Shown: positions 1 through 11,200 of the stretch, piece after piece
Layout of the letters: each line of letters begins with the position of its first letter
Position numbering within the stretch: position 1 is the stretch's first letter
Source: Centroscyllium fabricii
Taxonomy: Eukaryota
Assembly (NCBI GenBank): GCA_051313645.2
Contig: JBNRSN020000012.1
Span: 166,160,001-166,224,000, forward strand
DNA: 64,000 nt
Direction of reading: 5' to 3'
The notes under the pieces: model-generated
The model's database searches: none
Seen by the model: the letters and a program-made list of their open reading frames with translations, nothing else
Told to the model about the DNA's origin: nothing
Translations under genes and position numbers: made by a program

Positions 1-809
1 ATTGGAGTACTGGTGACCAATTTAAGTGTTGAGTTGGGAAGCTTTTATACTGCCAAAATATTGGAGACTGTTGTTACAGTGCTACTTTAATGTGTTTTAA
101 AATGTTGAATTTCAGATGCTGTTTAGAACGGCCAAACATTTCAGTATTGTATCTGGTTACAATGTTTGAATTCTCGACGGTTTAGGAGTAAAGCTGGATT
201 CTCTTTGTCAGAGTACTCTGTCTGATAGCCTGTGGGTCAGCCAGATTTATTGGTGTACTGGAGGTTGAGGCCGCAATAATCAAACATAGTCCTGCTCGAC
301 TGGTCCGTATAACAGTGTCATTACATGTACGTTCTTGTTCACTAAAATGTCACAATAAACTTGTACAAAACACCAAGCAGATTGTCTTCCTTTGGTTATA
401 TGTAACATACTGTGGGTAAAATAATTATGACAGAGAAACTGGAAGATGCTTTTGTTAGTCTCTGTCCTTATTTCCCAAAATCACTATCGGTTGCTCCCCC
501 CGACCACTGAGCCTGGCTGATGCATCCTGCCAGGCATGTTGGACTTCTAGTGCCAAATAAGACCACTTATCTCATCCACCTTGTAGGGTGTTTTTGCATG
601 CCCCTTGTTTCTATGACTCTCCCTTGAGTTGACCCGTGCCTCAAAACTCCCCGGTTTGGGTTGTTTCCCTTGGACGGCAGGAGCTTATCACAATAGTCCT
701 TGCCCAGCCCGTCGAGTAGTGGGTAATCCCACACAGAGACCATGGCCAGATATGTCTTCTATGCACGATGCGCAGTGTCCCCAACAGGATTACTGTGTAA
801 CTGGGCCTT

Positions 810-2340
810 GACCGGATGCCACCCGGTTGGTCTTCCGAATTGTACCGCGAACCACAAGCCCCCACAACCCCCAGGTTCGGACCCAAGGAGTTACTATGGA
901 TAGATTATAAATGATTTGGACAAAACGAAAGGTTCAGGTTGGTATGTCAAAGATCGATTCCTTTTATTACACTCTCAAACACCAACCCCTACTCCTCTCT
1001 CTTACGGCAGAATGAATAGGTGACTGTGGACACTAGCTTATAACCTTAGACGAAAATGCCCACCCTGTTGGTTAAGCCGAACCAACCCCTTCCCAGAATC
1101 TAAGCCGAGATAATGGAAAACCCTTCTAACTAAACCCCTCTCCCGGTTTGGTCAGAACCCACAATTAGAAGCCTCCTCACATACACACCCATTTTTGCCT
1201 GCGTCTTGGACTCTTGTAGTTCCTCAGCAGCCAAACACGCGAGCGGTCCTGGTGATTGAGAGGTGTATGCTGGATATAATTGCCAGCCCTTGTCGTTGAT
1301 TCACGCGGTCCTGGCTCCGTTCGACTACAGAGACTAAACCGTGCCTAACGGAGGCACGCGATGAGGCCTAGAGAGTTATGTTCAGGCGGTACGACGAAGC
1401 ACTCACCAGGCGTTCCTGGAGAGTTGACGGACATGTGGTTACGTGGAGAACCTAGTTACAGATGGTAGAGTAAAGCGAGCAAGCAACACCCTGCATCCGC
1501 AAAGTTCAGCATGTTTATACCCCGTGCAATACACCACTTGCTGGGCAAGACCTGGTTACCATGTTCGCAGAGACGCTTGTTGGTTTACCTGGTGATGTCT
1601 CTGTCTTGGATTGGTCATCTTTGGGGGGGGGGGGGAAACAATGATAGGCCATTACTAATGGTAGATGAGCAGTTCTTGACTGCTCCTTCCAGCGGTGTTA
1701 CTTTTGTCCTGCAAACCTCATTGTCCATCCAGACATTCTGGCTCCATGGACAAAAGGTGGGTTTCCCCAAATCTCAAGTTCAAATATGAAAAGGCTCCCC
1801 ACCTATCATAGAATCCCTACAGTGCAGATAGAGGCCATTTCGGCCCATCGAACCTGCACTGACATATATCCCACCCTATCCTCGTAACCCCCACATATTT
1901 AATCCCACCCTATCCTCGTAACCCCACATATTTAATCCCCCTAACACTGAGGGTCAATTTATCATGGCCAATCAACCTAACCCGCATATCTTTGGACTGT
2001 GGGAGGAAACCGTAGCACCCGGAGGAAACCCACGCAGACACTGGGCGAAGGTGACACAGATAGTCACCCGAGGCCGGATTTGAACCCGGGCCCCTCGCGC
2101 TGTGAAGCAACAGTGCTAGCCACTATGCCACCGTGTCGCCATATCCGGGTTGAGACAGGTCCTATGCCAACCCAAAAGACAGACAGTTCCTGTTATCTTC
2201 AGAGACCAACAGGCAGTCCCTTTAAAGGCCAAACTCCATTTTTAAAACACAGCCCATGTGTGTCTCCTTTTTAAAAGTCCAAAAATCCTTGAGGCACCTG
2301 CACCTACTGAAGTTGGCACCGGCCACACCCTCCACCCCCT
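810..2340 (-). mobile_element. 3' LTR plus polypurine tract of an ERV-like element (interrupted by an HE1 SINE); left end uncertain
   Basis: Minus strand reads PPT AGGGGGTGGAGGG (2340-2328) then TGTGGCCGG at 2327; TATAAA near 1514-1519; AATAAA near 963-968; lies downstream of the env-like ORF once nested inserts are removed. Confidence 0.5.
1805..2140 (-). mobile_element. HE1-like tRNA-derived SINE
   Basis: Pol III A box TGGCATAGTGG (~2120-2130), B box GGTTCAAATCC (~2076-2087), CR1-type tail ending TTCTATGAT; ~35-bp internal tandem duplication at 1868-1939. Confidence 0.85.
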
Positions 2341-2348
2341 GTGATAAT

Positions 2349-5300
2349 TGATGCACAATCAATTACTGCGAGACGAGGAGAAAAGTAACTCAGGCTTTTA
2401 TTGACAAGAACAGGAGTACAGGTCTAGATGATAGCTGGTCTTGGGAATGCCATGCAGTCGACATGGCTGCCACCTTTCTACCTGGGTATGTGGGTGGAGC
2501 CAGGAGGAGGGGCCGGCTGAGTCCTCCCAGGTAGACAAGAGGTGACCCTGTCCAATACAATAGAGTGAACTATGTACAACAGGCAAGAGTGAACTATGTC
2601 CAATACAGATTGGTGGTAAACAGTAATAATGGTTTACCACATTCACCCCTTGTTTAAGATCAAGTCCGGCGGGGTGAAGTGGTTCGGCCGGGGAATACGA
2701 AAGTCTGTCTGGTGGTCTGGTTTCTCTCTGCGACCGTCGCGGTGCCGGCGGCCGTGCGGGATCCTCAGTCGCTGTCTGTGGAGTGGCGATGGTTGAAGAA
2801 TGTGCATCGGAGGGTCCCGGGCCTCTGGTGTACCGTCTACAGGGGCTAGAGAAAAACGAAGTAACAAGGTTGCGTGGAGAGTTACGGTGGGGGGGGTCTC
2901 GGGCACCCGAGGGTGCAAGGTCTCTGATGGAGACGGTGTCCTCCCGCCCTTCAGGGAACGCCACGTAGGCATATTGGGGGTTGGCGTGGAGGAGCTGTAC
3001 CCTGTCGACCAGGGGATCCATCTTATGGCCCCTCACGTGTCTCCGAAGCAGGACGGGCCCTGGGGACGACAACCACGATGGTAGCGAGGACCCGGAGGTG
3101 GACATCCTGGGGAAGGAAAACATCTGCTCGTGAGGGGTAGCGTTGGTCGCAGTGCAGAGCAGCGACCGAATGGAGTGGAGTGCATCAGGGAGGACCTCCT
3201 GCCAGCGGGAGGTCCCTAGACCGCAGGGCTAGGCTGATGGCCTTCCAGAAGGTCCCGTTCTCCGTCCCATTCTCCCGCTCAACCTGCCCGTTTCCCCGGG
3301 GGTTGTAACTGGCGGTCCTGCTTGTAGCGACTCCCTTGGAGAGCAGGTACTGGCGCAGCTCATCGCTCATGAACGACGACCCCCAGTCACTGTGGATGAA
3401 GTTGGGGAGGCCGAACATGGTGAAGCTGCTGTGCAGACACCTGATGGTAGTGGCCATGGTCATATCCGGGCAAGGGATGGCGAAGGGAAAACTGGAGAAC
3501 TCATCGATGACAGTGAGGAAGTAAGTGTTACGGTTAGTGGAGGGGAGGGGCCCTTTGCAGTCGGCGCTCAAAGGGGCGGGAGGCCTTGATCAGGTTAGCT
3601 CTGTCTGGCTTGTAGAAGTGCGGTTTGCACTCGGCGCAGGTCGAGCAGCGCCTGGTCACGTCCCGGACGTCCGAAACAGAGTAGGGCAGGTTGCGGGACT
3701 TCACAAAATGGAAGAGGCGGGTGACTCCTGGGTGGCAGAGGTCATTGTGGATGGATTGCAATCTATCCACTTGTGCGCTGGCACAGGTTCCGCGTGATAG
3801 GGCATCCGGGGGCTCATTGAGTTTACCGGGACGGTATAAGATGTCGTAGTTATAGGTGGACAGCTCAATTCTCCACCTCAAGATTTGATCATTTTTGATT
3901 TTACCCCGCTGTTTATTACTAAACATGAAAGCCACTGACCATTGGTCCGTGAGCAAGGTAAATCTTCTACCGGCCAGGTAATGTCTCCAGTGCCGCACCG
4001 CTTCCACGATAGCCTGGGCCTCCTTTTCCACCGAGGAGTGCCTGATTTCAGGGCCTTGGAGTGTGTGGGAAAAGAAGGCCACTGGTCTCCCCGCCTGGTT
4101 GAGGGTGGCGGCCAGGGCGAAGTCAGAGGCATCGCTTTCCACCTGGAACGGGGTGGATTCGTCCACGGCGTGCATGGTCGCCCTGGCGATGTGTGACTTA
4201 ATGGCGTCGAAGGCCGCGTGAGCCTCATTCGCCAGGGGGAAGGAGGTGGACTTAATGAGGGGGCGGGCTTTGTCAGCGTACTGGGGGACCCATTGGGCGT
4301 AGTACGAAAAGAATCCCAGGCACCTTTTCAGCGACTTGGGACTGTGGGGGAGGGGAAGCTCCACAAGGGGTCGCATGCGTTCGGGGTCATGGCCGATGAC
4401 TCCATTCTCCACGACACAACCCAGGATAGCGAGGCGGGTGGTGCGGAACGCGCGTTTCTCCTTGTTATAGGTGAGGTTAAGGAGCTGGGCGACCTGGAGG
4501 AACCTTGTCAGGTTGGCGTCGTGGTCCTGGATGTCATGGCCGCAGATGGTGACGTTGTCGAGGTAGGGGAAAGTAGCCAGCAGCCCGTTTTGGTCCACCA
4601 TCCGGTCCATCTCCCGTTGGAAGACCGACACACTGTTGGTGACGCCAAACGGGACCCTGAGGAAGTGGTAAAGACGGCCGTTCGCCTCAAAGGCGGTGAA
4701 CTGGCGGTCTTCGGGGCGGATGGGGAGCTGGTGATACGCCGACTTCACGTCAATTGTAAAGAATACCCGGTACTGCGCGATCTGGTTAACCATGTCTGAG
4801 ATGCGTGGTAGGGGGTATGCGTCCAGTTGAGTAAAGCGGTTGATCGTTTGGCTGTAGTCGATGACCAGGCGGGGCTTTGCGCCGGTCTTGACGACAACAA
4901 CCTGAGCTCTCCAGGGGCTGTTGCTGGCCTCAATAACCCCCTCCTTCAGGAGGCGCTGAACCTCCGACGATGAAGAGTCGATCCCCCATACTGTTGCGCC
5001 TGCTCTCGGTAGCTATGGGCTTGCAGTCGGGGGTGAGGTCAGCAAAAAGTGGAGGAGGGGCAACCCTGAGGGTTGAGAGGCTGCAAACCGTACGTGGCGG
5101 CTGATTTAAAAACTGCTGGCTGCAGACCGTGAAGGGGGGGGGAACGGAAGAGAGGGGCCCACCGTACTTCATGGTGACACTATCGAGATGGCTCGGGAAA
5201 TCTAGCCCGAGCAGAACAGCAGCGCAGAGGTGGGGGAGGATGAAGAGTTTAAACTGGTTATGCACAGTACCCCGCACCGTTAACGTCACAACGCAGGACC

Positions 5301-6860
5301 CGCCGACCTCAGCCGTTTGTGCGTTAGAGGCCAGGGAGATCCGTTGGCGCGGCGGGAGTACCGTGAGGGAGAGCTGCCGCACCGTGTCCGGATGGATAAA
5401 ACTTGCGGTACTCCCCGAGTCAAACAGGCAGTTAACAGTGCGGCCGTTTACCTCGATGTCCATGGTCGATCTGGCGAGCTGGTGGGGCCGAGTTAGGTCG
5501 AGGGTGATGGATGCCAGCTGGGGCAGCAGTAGATCCTCATTGAAATTCCTCTGTGAAAGTGCGGGGAGGGCTGGCCGAGTTACTGCGGGCGGCGCCTGGA
5601 TCAAAGATGGCGGCGACCACTTTAAAGATGGCGCCCAGAGTCCACACGTGGCCTGTTCAAGATGGCTGCCCGATCCAAGATGGCTGCTGCCAGGATCGCC
5701 ATGCGGTGGGGTAAGATCGCCGCTCCAGGGTGCCCACGCGGCGCTGCTAGGGTTGGCGGAGGCTCTTGCCTTGCAGACGTTCGCGTAGTGGCCCTTCTTT
5801 CTGCAGCTCGAGCACGTTGCGTTTCTCGCGGGGTAGCGCTGTCTGGGGAGTTTAGGGAGGCCGCAGAAGTAGCAATTCTGCACCCAGGATGCCACTGCGC
5901 ACGTTAGCGGGGGAGGCGCGGCGGGGGTCAATCCTACCCATGATGGCTGCGCCCGATGTCTACGAGGTCGCCGGCTGCTCGAACGCCTCCAGATTCCGAT
6001 GCGCTGCGTCCAGCGATTGCACCAGGGCTGTAGCTCTTTTTAAATCGAGCCCGTCTTGCTCCAGGAGCCGCTGGCGGGTGTAAGTGGAGTTTATGCCCTC
6101 CACTATAGCATCGCGGATCAGGTCGTCCATGTTGGTCTGGGCCGTTACTTGCTGGCAGTGGCAGACCCGCCCGAGTACCCGCAGCGCTGCAATAAAGTCT
6201 GTAACGGACTCGCCGGGCTGCTGCTTTCGGCTCAGCAGGAGGTGCCTAGCGTAGACCTCGTTGGTCGGGGCTGCGAATTGGTCCTTAAGCACTTGCAGGG
6301 CACTCACATAGGTGTTTTCGTCCTCAATCAGCGTATAGCTGGCCGGGTTTACCCGAGACTGCAGGACTGTCAGCTTCCGGGCGTCCGTGGTGACGGTTTC
6401 GCTTGACTCCGCCAAAAAGGATTCGAAGCACTTCAGCCAGTGCGCGAAAGTCCGTGCTGTGTCCAGCGACTGCGATTCTAACTCCAAACGATCGGGCCTT
6501 AATATTTTGTCCATCGTTGAAAAATCTTGTCATAAAATTGTCAAAATTGATGCACAATCAATTACTGAGAGACGAGGAGAAAAGTAACTGAGGCTTTTAT
6601 TGACAAGAACAGGAGTACAGGTCTAGATGATAGCTGGTCCTGGGAATGCCATGCGGTCGACATGGCTGTCACCTTTCTACCTGGGTATGTGGGTGGAGCC
6701 AGGAGGAGGGGCCGGCTGAGTCCTCCCAGGTAGACGAGGTGACCCTGTCCAATACAATAGTGAACTATGTACAACAGGCAAGAGTGAACTATGTACAACA
6801 GGCAAGAGTGAACTATGTCCAATACAGATGGGTGGTAAACAGTAATAATGGTTTACCACA
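2349..6860 (-). mobile_element. Full-length Ty3/Gypsy LTR retrotransposon (Mag-like), frameshifted
   Basis: LTRs 2349-2641 and 6548-6860 with TG...CA ends; 5-bp TSD ATAAT (2344-2348, 6861-6865); PPT beside the left LTR; gag-PR-RT-RH-IN order. Confidence 0.95.
2700..6514 (-). pseudogene. Gypsy gag-pol split into several ORFs
   Basis: gag 5960-6514; zinc knuckles and protease LFDSGS in 4930-5931; RT (VPFG, YLDN) and RNase H (ESDASD) in 3534-4793; integrase (IHSD, GQVER) in 3185-3571. Confidence 0.92.
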
Positions 6861-7420
6861 ATAATAACCCCATCAAACCTACAGCACAATTATCACACAA
6901 CCGGTCTGTGTATGGAGGCCCCGGTATGTCTTCAAACCAAACCTAGCTCGCCGGGAGTTTCCTAAACTAAAACAAACTATTCCGAAAACTTGGATAACTA
7001 AACAGTTCCCTGAAAGTACAATGTCCCCAAATCCATAAAACTCATTACAAGGTGGAGACAGAAAAACCTGTCTCCGAGTAATGTGACCACATTCATAACA
7101 ATACAAGGGAACATGTACGTCGTTTCTCCCCACAGCATTTCACAAAAATGAACTTAACGCGGATACCCTCTCCCATGGCCGCCAGTTTTAATTACACTAG
7201 ACTTCAGTCACCCTTGTACATTCCCGTAAACTTATTAAAACCCGCGCAACATACCCGATGCAACATATACAACAGACTGGGTCGGCCCCGCCGGTGCACT
7301 CAAAAACACATCCATCCAACAGTACATCGCACAACTCCTTTATCGCAATGGTGAAACAGCTTGTGGGGTCAGGGACCGATAATGCTGCAGCCTCAGCCAC
7401 CAATCTCAAACTGCCTCTCC

Positions 7421-7579
7421 TCATTGCCTGCAGGTTACGTAAAGCAAATCCGCAGTTATTACACATTGTACAATCACTAAGACGTGAGGGACTATAATCG
7501 ATGGTGGGGCTTCTATGCTGAGCCCAACATCCCACCATGAAGGAGACACCAGCTGAGTGATGATCTCGATCTTCCTGTT
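7421..7579 (-). pseudogene. C-terminal part of an env-like glycoprotein (WW motif plus TM segment)
   Basis: Frame reads GKIEIITQLVSPSWWDVGLSIEAPPSIIVPHVLVIVQCVITADLLYVTCRQ-stop and joins 21646-21790 in frame after BEL removal. Confidence 0.6.
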
Positions 7580-7957
7580 TGTAGTGAAAACTACTTTCAA
7601 ATAAGGACGTGAGACGTCGAATGTAAGAATAAAAATAATCTTTATCTTTAACCTTGGATCGTTGCGTTACAGCATTCAATAAAGATCGTGGCTCGATTTG
7701 GAGGCAGGAGACATGCTGGAGGAGCTCCACACGGTCCGGAGTAAAATCAAATCTAAAATGCCCGCCACCCACATGATGACATCACGCTACCAACGTCATG
7801 ATGTCATTGCGCTCCCGACGCTCCTAAAGTGACCCTGCATCTCAATCAAATATAATACAAAGGAAATGTATTTCTTGCCTTTAAATCACTGTAAACAATA
7901 TTCAGCTACATTCAATGCAGTAAATGTAAACATTAACAATGTAACCTATTAAGTTAC

Positions 7958-8209
7958 TGTGATGAAATATGTATGTTCATCAGACTGTGCTTTTCACCTG
8001 GACTTGCCTGTGCTAGGAATGTATGTACCGCCCACCTTTGTCTATTGTATATGTCTGGCTCCGCCATTGTCTTATACGGAGGACTCCAGAGTGGCTTGAG
8101 CCATTCGACCTGGAGAACTCAGTGTGGGAACATGCACCACAGTTCTTAGTTATTAAAAGCCTACCTTTAAGTCCTTAAATCTCTCGCTTGGATTATTGAT
8201 GGCCTATCA
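7958..8209 (+). mobile_element. Solo LTR (Gypsy-like) inside the BEL 3' LTR
   Basis: TGTGATG...CTATCA ends; exact TSD GTTAC (7953-7957, 8210-8214); ATTAAA near 8152; absent from the matching BEL 5' LTR. Confidence 0.85.
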
Positions 8210-8266
8210 GTTACAACATTCTCCCCCCCCCCCCCCCCCCCCCACCTCGATGAACTACTTGTTCAT

Positions 8267-11200
8267 CTAAAGCTCTAAACAGTAGAGTAACTGAATAGGT
8301 CTCCTCAACAAAGTCCCTGAGGTAGTGCGAACTGAGCACAACCTAACTAGGCCATCTCGACCTGGAAACAGTTCTTCGATCCTGCCCAGTTTCCAGGTTT
8401 GTCTGGGTGTGTTATCTTCTCCGATGAGTGCAACGTCACCCACTTTCAGTGAGGTGGGCTGTGGTGTGTCACAGCGATGTGCTGACTTCAAGTCTAACAG
8501 ATAATCCTTACGCCAGCTGTTCCAGAAGCTGGTTGTGAGTCTCTGCCAATACTTCCATCTCCGGGTGATTTGTTCCTTGTTTGCTGTTGGATGCGGTGCA
8601 TCAGCCGGAAATGGCTTGGGCGGCAGAGATGTCAGTCGTTTACCCACCAGGTAGTGGGCTGGGGTCAGTGGCTGTGGCTCGTCCACTTCATTATGCACAA
8701 ATGTCAGAGGCCTAGAGTTCAGAATAGCTTCAACCTCTTGTCAGGACTGTGCACATCTCTTCAAAGTTGAGGGAAGCTCTTCCGAGAACTTACTTCAGGC
8801 ATGTTTTTACTGATCTGACGAGTCTCTCCCAGAATCCGCCCCACCAGGCTGCTCGCTCCACGATTAACCTCCAGGTGATGCCCCTTTCTGAGAAGAATCC
8901 CAACAGTTGGGGATCCTTGATGGCTTTCCACAGCTCTTTCAAGTCCTGATCAGCTCTCTTGAACGTTTTTGCATGGTCTGAGTATATTACCTTGCATAAT
9001 CCTCTCCTTGGGATGAATCTTTTTAGTGCTAACAGGTCTCTGTGGACTGATCCGAGACCAGTTCCAAGTGCACTGCTCTGGTTACAGCACAGGTGAACAG
9101 CGCAATGTTTGACTTCTTTACAGAACCATCTGCCTTCACATAGAGGGGTCCTGCAAAATCCACACCTGTGACTTAGAATGGTGGGGATTCAGTTATTCTG
9201 TCTTTTGGTAAAGGTGCAGCGACCTGCTGTCCGGCCTTTGCTTTGAATCTCTTGCAGACTGTGCATCTTGCCACAGTGCTCTTGACAAGCTGTCTAGCAT
9301 GCAAGATCCAGTATCTCCCTCTGATTTGCACTAGAGTGTCTCTTACTCCTGAATGCATTATCTTCTCGTGATAGTACTGTATCAGCATTTCTGAGTATTT
9401 GTTGGGCAGAACCCATGGGTGCTGCTCTCTCAATGTGAAGTTGGACTGTTGCAGTCTTCCTCCTACACTGAGTTTGTGTTCGTCCAGGAATGGTCTGAGT
9501 TCTTTGATCTTAGTCATTGTTTAGGCCTTTCCCTGCCTTCAATAATTTGATCTCCTGACTGAAATTCTTGTGTTACTTTGGTCCAGTACTTTTCTGTCTC
9601 GGAGTTCGTCAGCAGTCAGTTCACCTCGTGTCTTTGTGTTTGTTCGAGGATTAGCTGTGAATCTCTTTATCCAGGCAGTCACTCTGAACACTCTTTTTAG
9701 TTTGCTGTACCCTTCTAGCTCCAACAGTGTTTCAGTGACGTCTGTGTCATTTGCGGCGAGCTGTTCGGTGACCTGGTGACTGGACTAAGTTCTGTGTTCA
9801 CCTCTTCTGGAACATGGTCGTCATCAGTCTCCTCTGACTGGGTGATGTCAGAACATTGGGTCCGTTCCACCATAACTGACTCTGTGTCAAGTTTTGAACA
9901 GTTTGTCCTCTTGTAGGGAGGTCGGCTGGATTCGTTTTCCCTGCGATGTGTGACCATGACTCTGGGTTGGTCAATGACTGGATCTCTGTCACTCTGTTTG
10001 CGACAAACTGTTTCAAATTTTGAGCTGAGCTGTAAATCGAATGCAGCACAATCCGAGTCCGTCCACATCCTGATCTGTTTTTGTTCCATTTTCAGAGTGG
10101 TTGTCAGGTTGTTTGCTAGTCTCGCTCCAATCACAGCCCCCATGAGCTCTAGGCGTGGCAGCGTCATTTTCTTGAGTGGGGCTACCCTGGATTTGGATGC
10201 GACTAAGCTTGTCGTTGCTTCCCCGTTTTGTGTTTCACCCTGCAGGGAAGCTACAGCACTGTAAGCCCTTTCACTTGCGTCACAGAACACATGTAGTTTC
10301 AGAGTGTGGCTGCTCTGTGGCTGCATGTCTGTTCGGTACCACCTTGGTATGGCGAGTTGGTGTAGCTGGGGTAGTTCTGAACACCACTGTTGCCATTCTC
10401 GAGTCAGATCGGGTGGTAACATCTCATCCCAGCTGAGTCCTCTCTCCCACATTTCCTGAAACATGCACTTTATCCTGATTGTGAAGGGGGTCAGGAAGCC
10501 GAGAGGGTCGAAGATGCGCGCAGACGACTGCAGAACGCTTCTCATTGTATTCTCCCTTTGCTTTAGAATGCTCACTAGTGGCCTGAGGTCAAACACAAAG
10601 TCATCAGTTTCCGGGCTCCACACTAAGCCTAACACCTTCAGCACTGCTCCGTGTGTTTCTGGCGCCAACGTGTGGTCAGTCGTACTCTCCTCCCATTTCC
10701 CTTTCAGCTCCGGAGAGTTGGTCATCCACTTAGAGGTCCATGCCTGCAGTCGACAGCATTCGCTTTGCAGTTGTTGTCACAGAGTAAGCCTCTTCAACAT
10801 TGCGGGAACTTGCAATGAAGTCATCTACATAGAGTGACTCTCTCAATGTCTCTACAACTTGTGGTTGTTTCATATTGTTTCAGGTGCTTCTTGATTGTAG
10901 CTGCGAGCAAGAATGGACTCGGGGAGGCTCCAAACACCGCTCTGATCATCCTCAGCACGCGCAGCTCCTCATCATTTTCTCCATTTGGTGGGCCTGTGAG
11001 CCACAGGAATCTCACGGCGTCTCTGTCTCTCTCTGCTAGGTTTGTCTGCAGGGAAGCCTTCTTGATGTCTGCCATGAATGCAATCTCGTGTAGTCTGAAC
11101 TTAATCAGAACACTGAGAAGATCTGGATTCAGGTTCGGCCCTGTGAGTAGACAGTCGCTGAGGGATAGACAGCCATCTTCATGGGACAAAGTATCAAACA

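Noticed and set aside
1-800. Gag or other coding sequence beyond the ERV-like LTR
   Set aside because: No sustained frame or recognisable motif on either strand
4218-5788. Long plus-strand ORFs opposite Gypsy pol
   Set aside because: Expected antisense shadows of GC-rich coding sequence
7197-7772. 191-aa ORF as a single gene
   Set aside because: Crosses the BEL LTR boundary at 7580, so it is an accidental fusion
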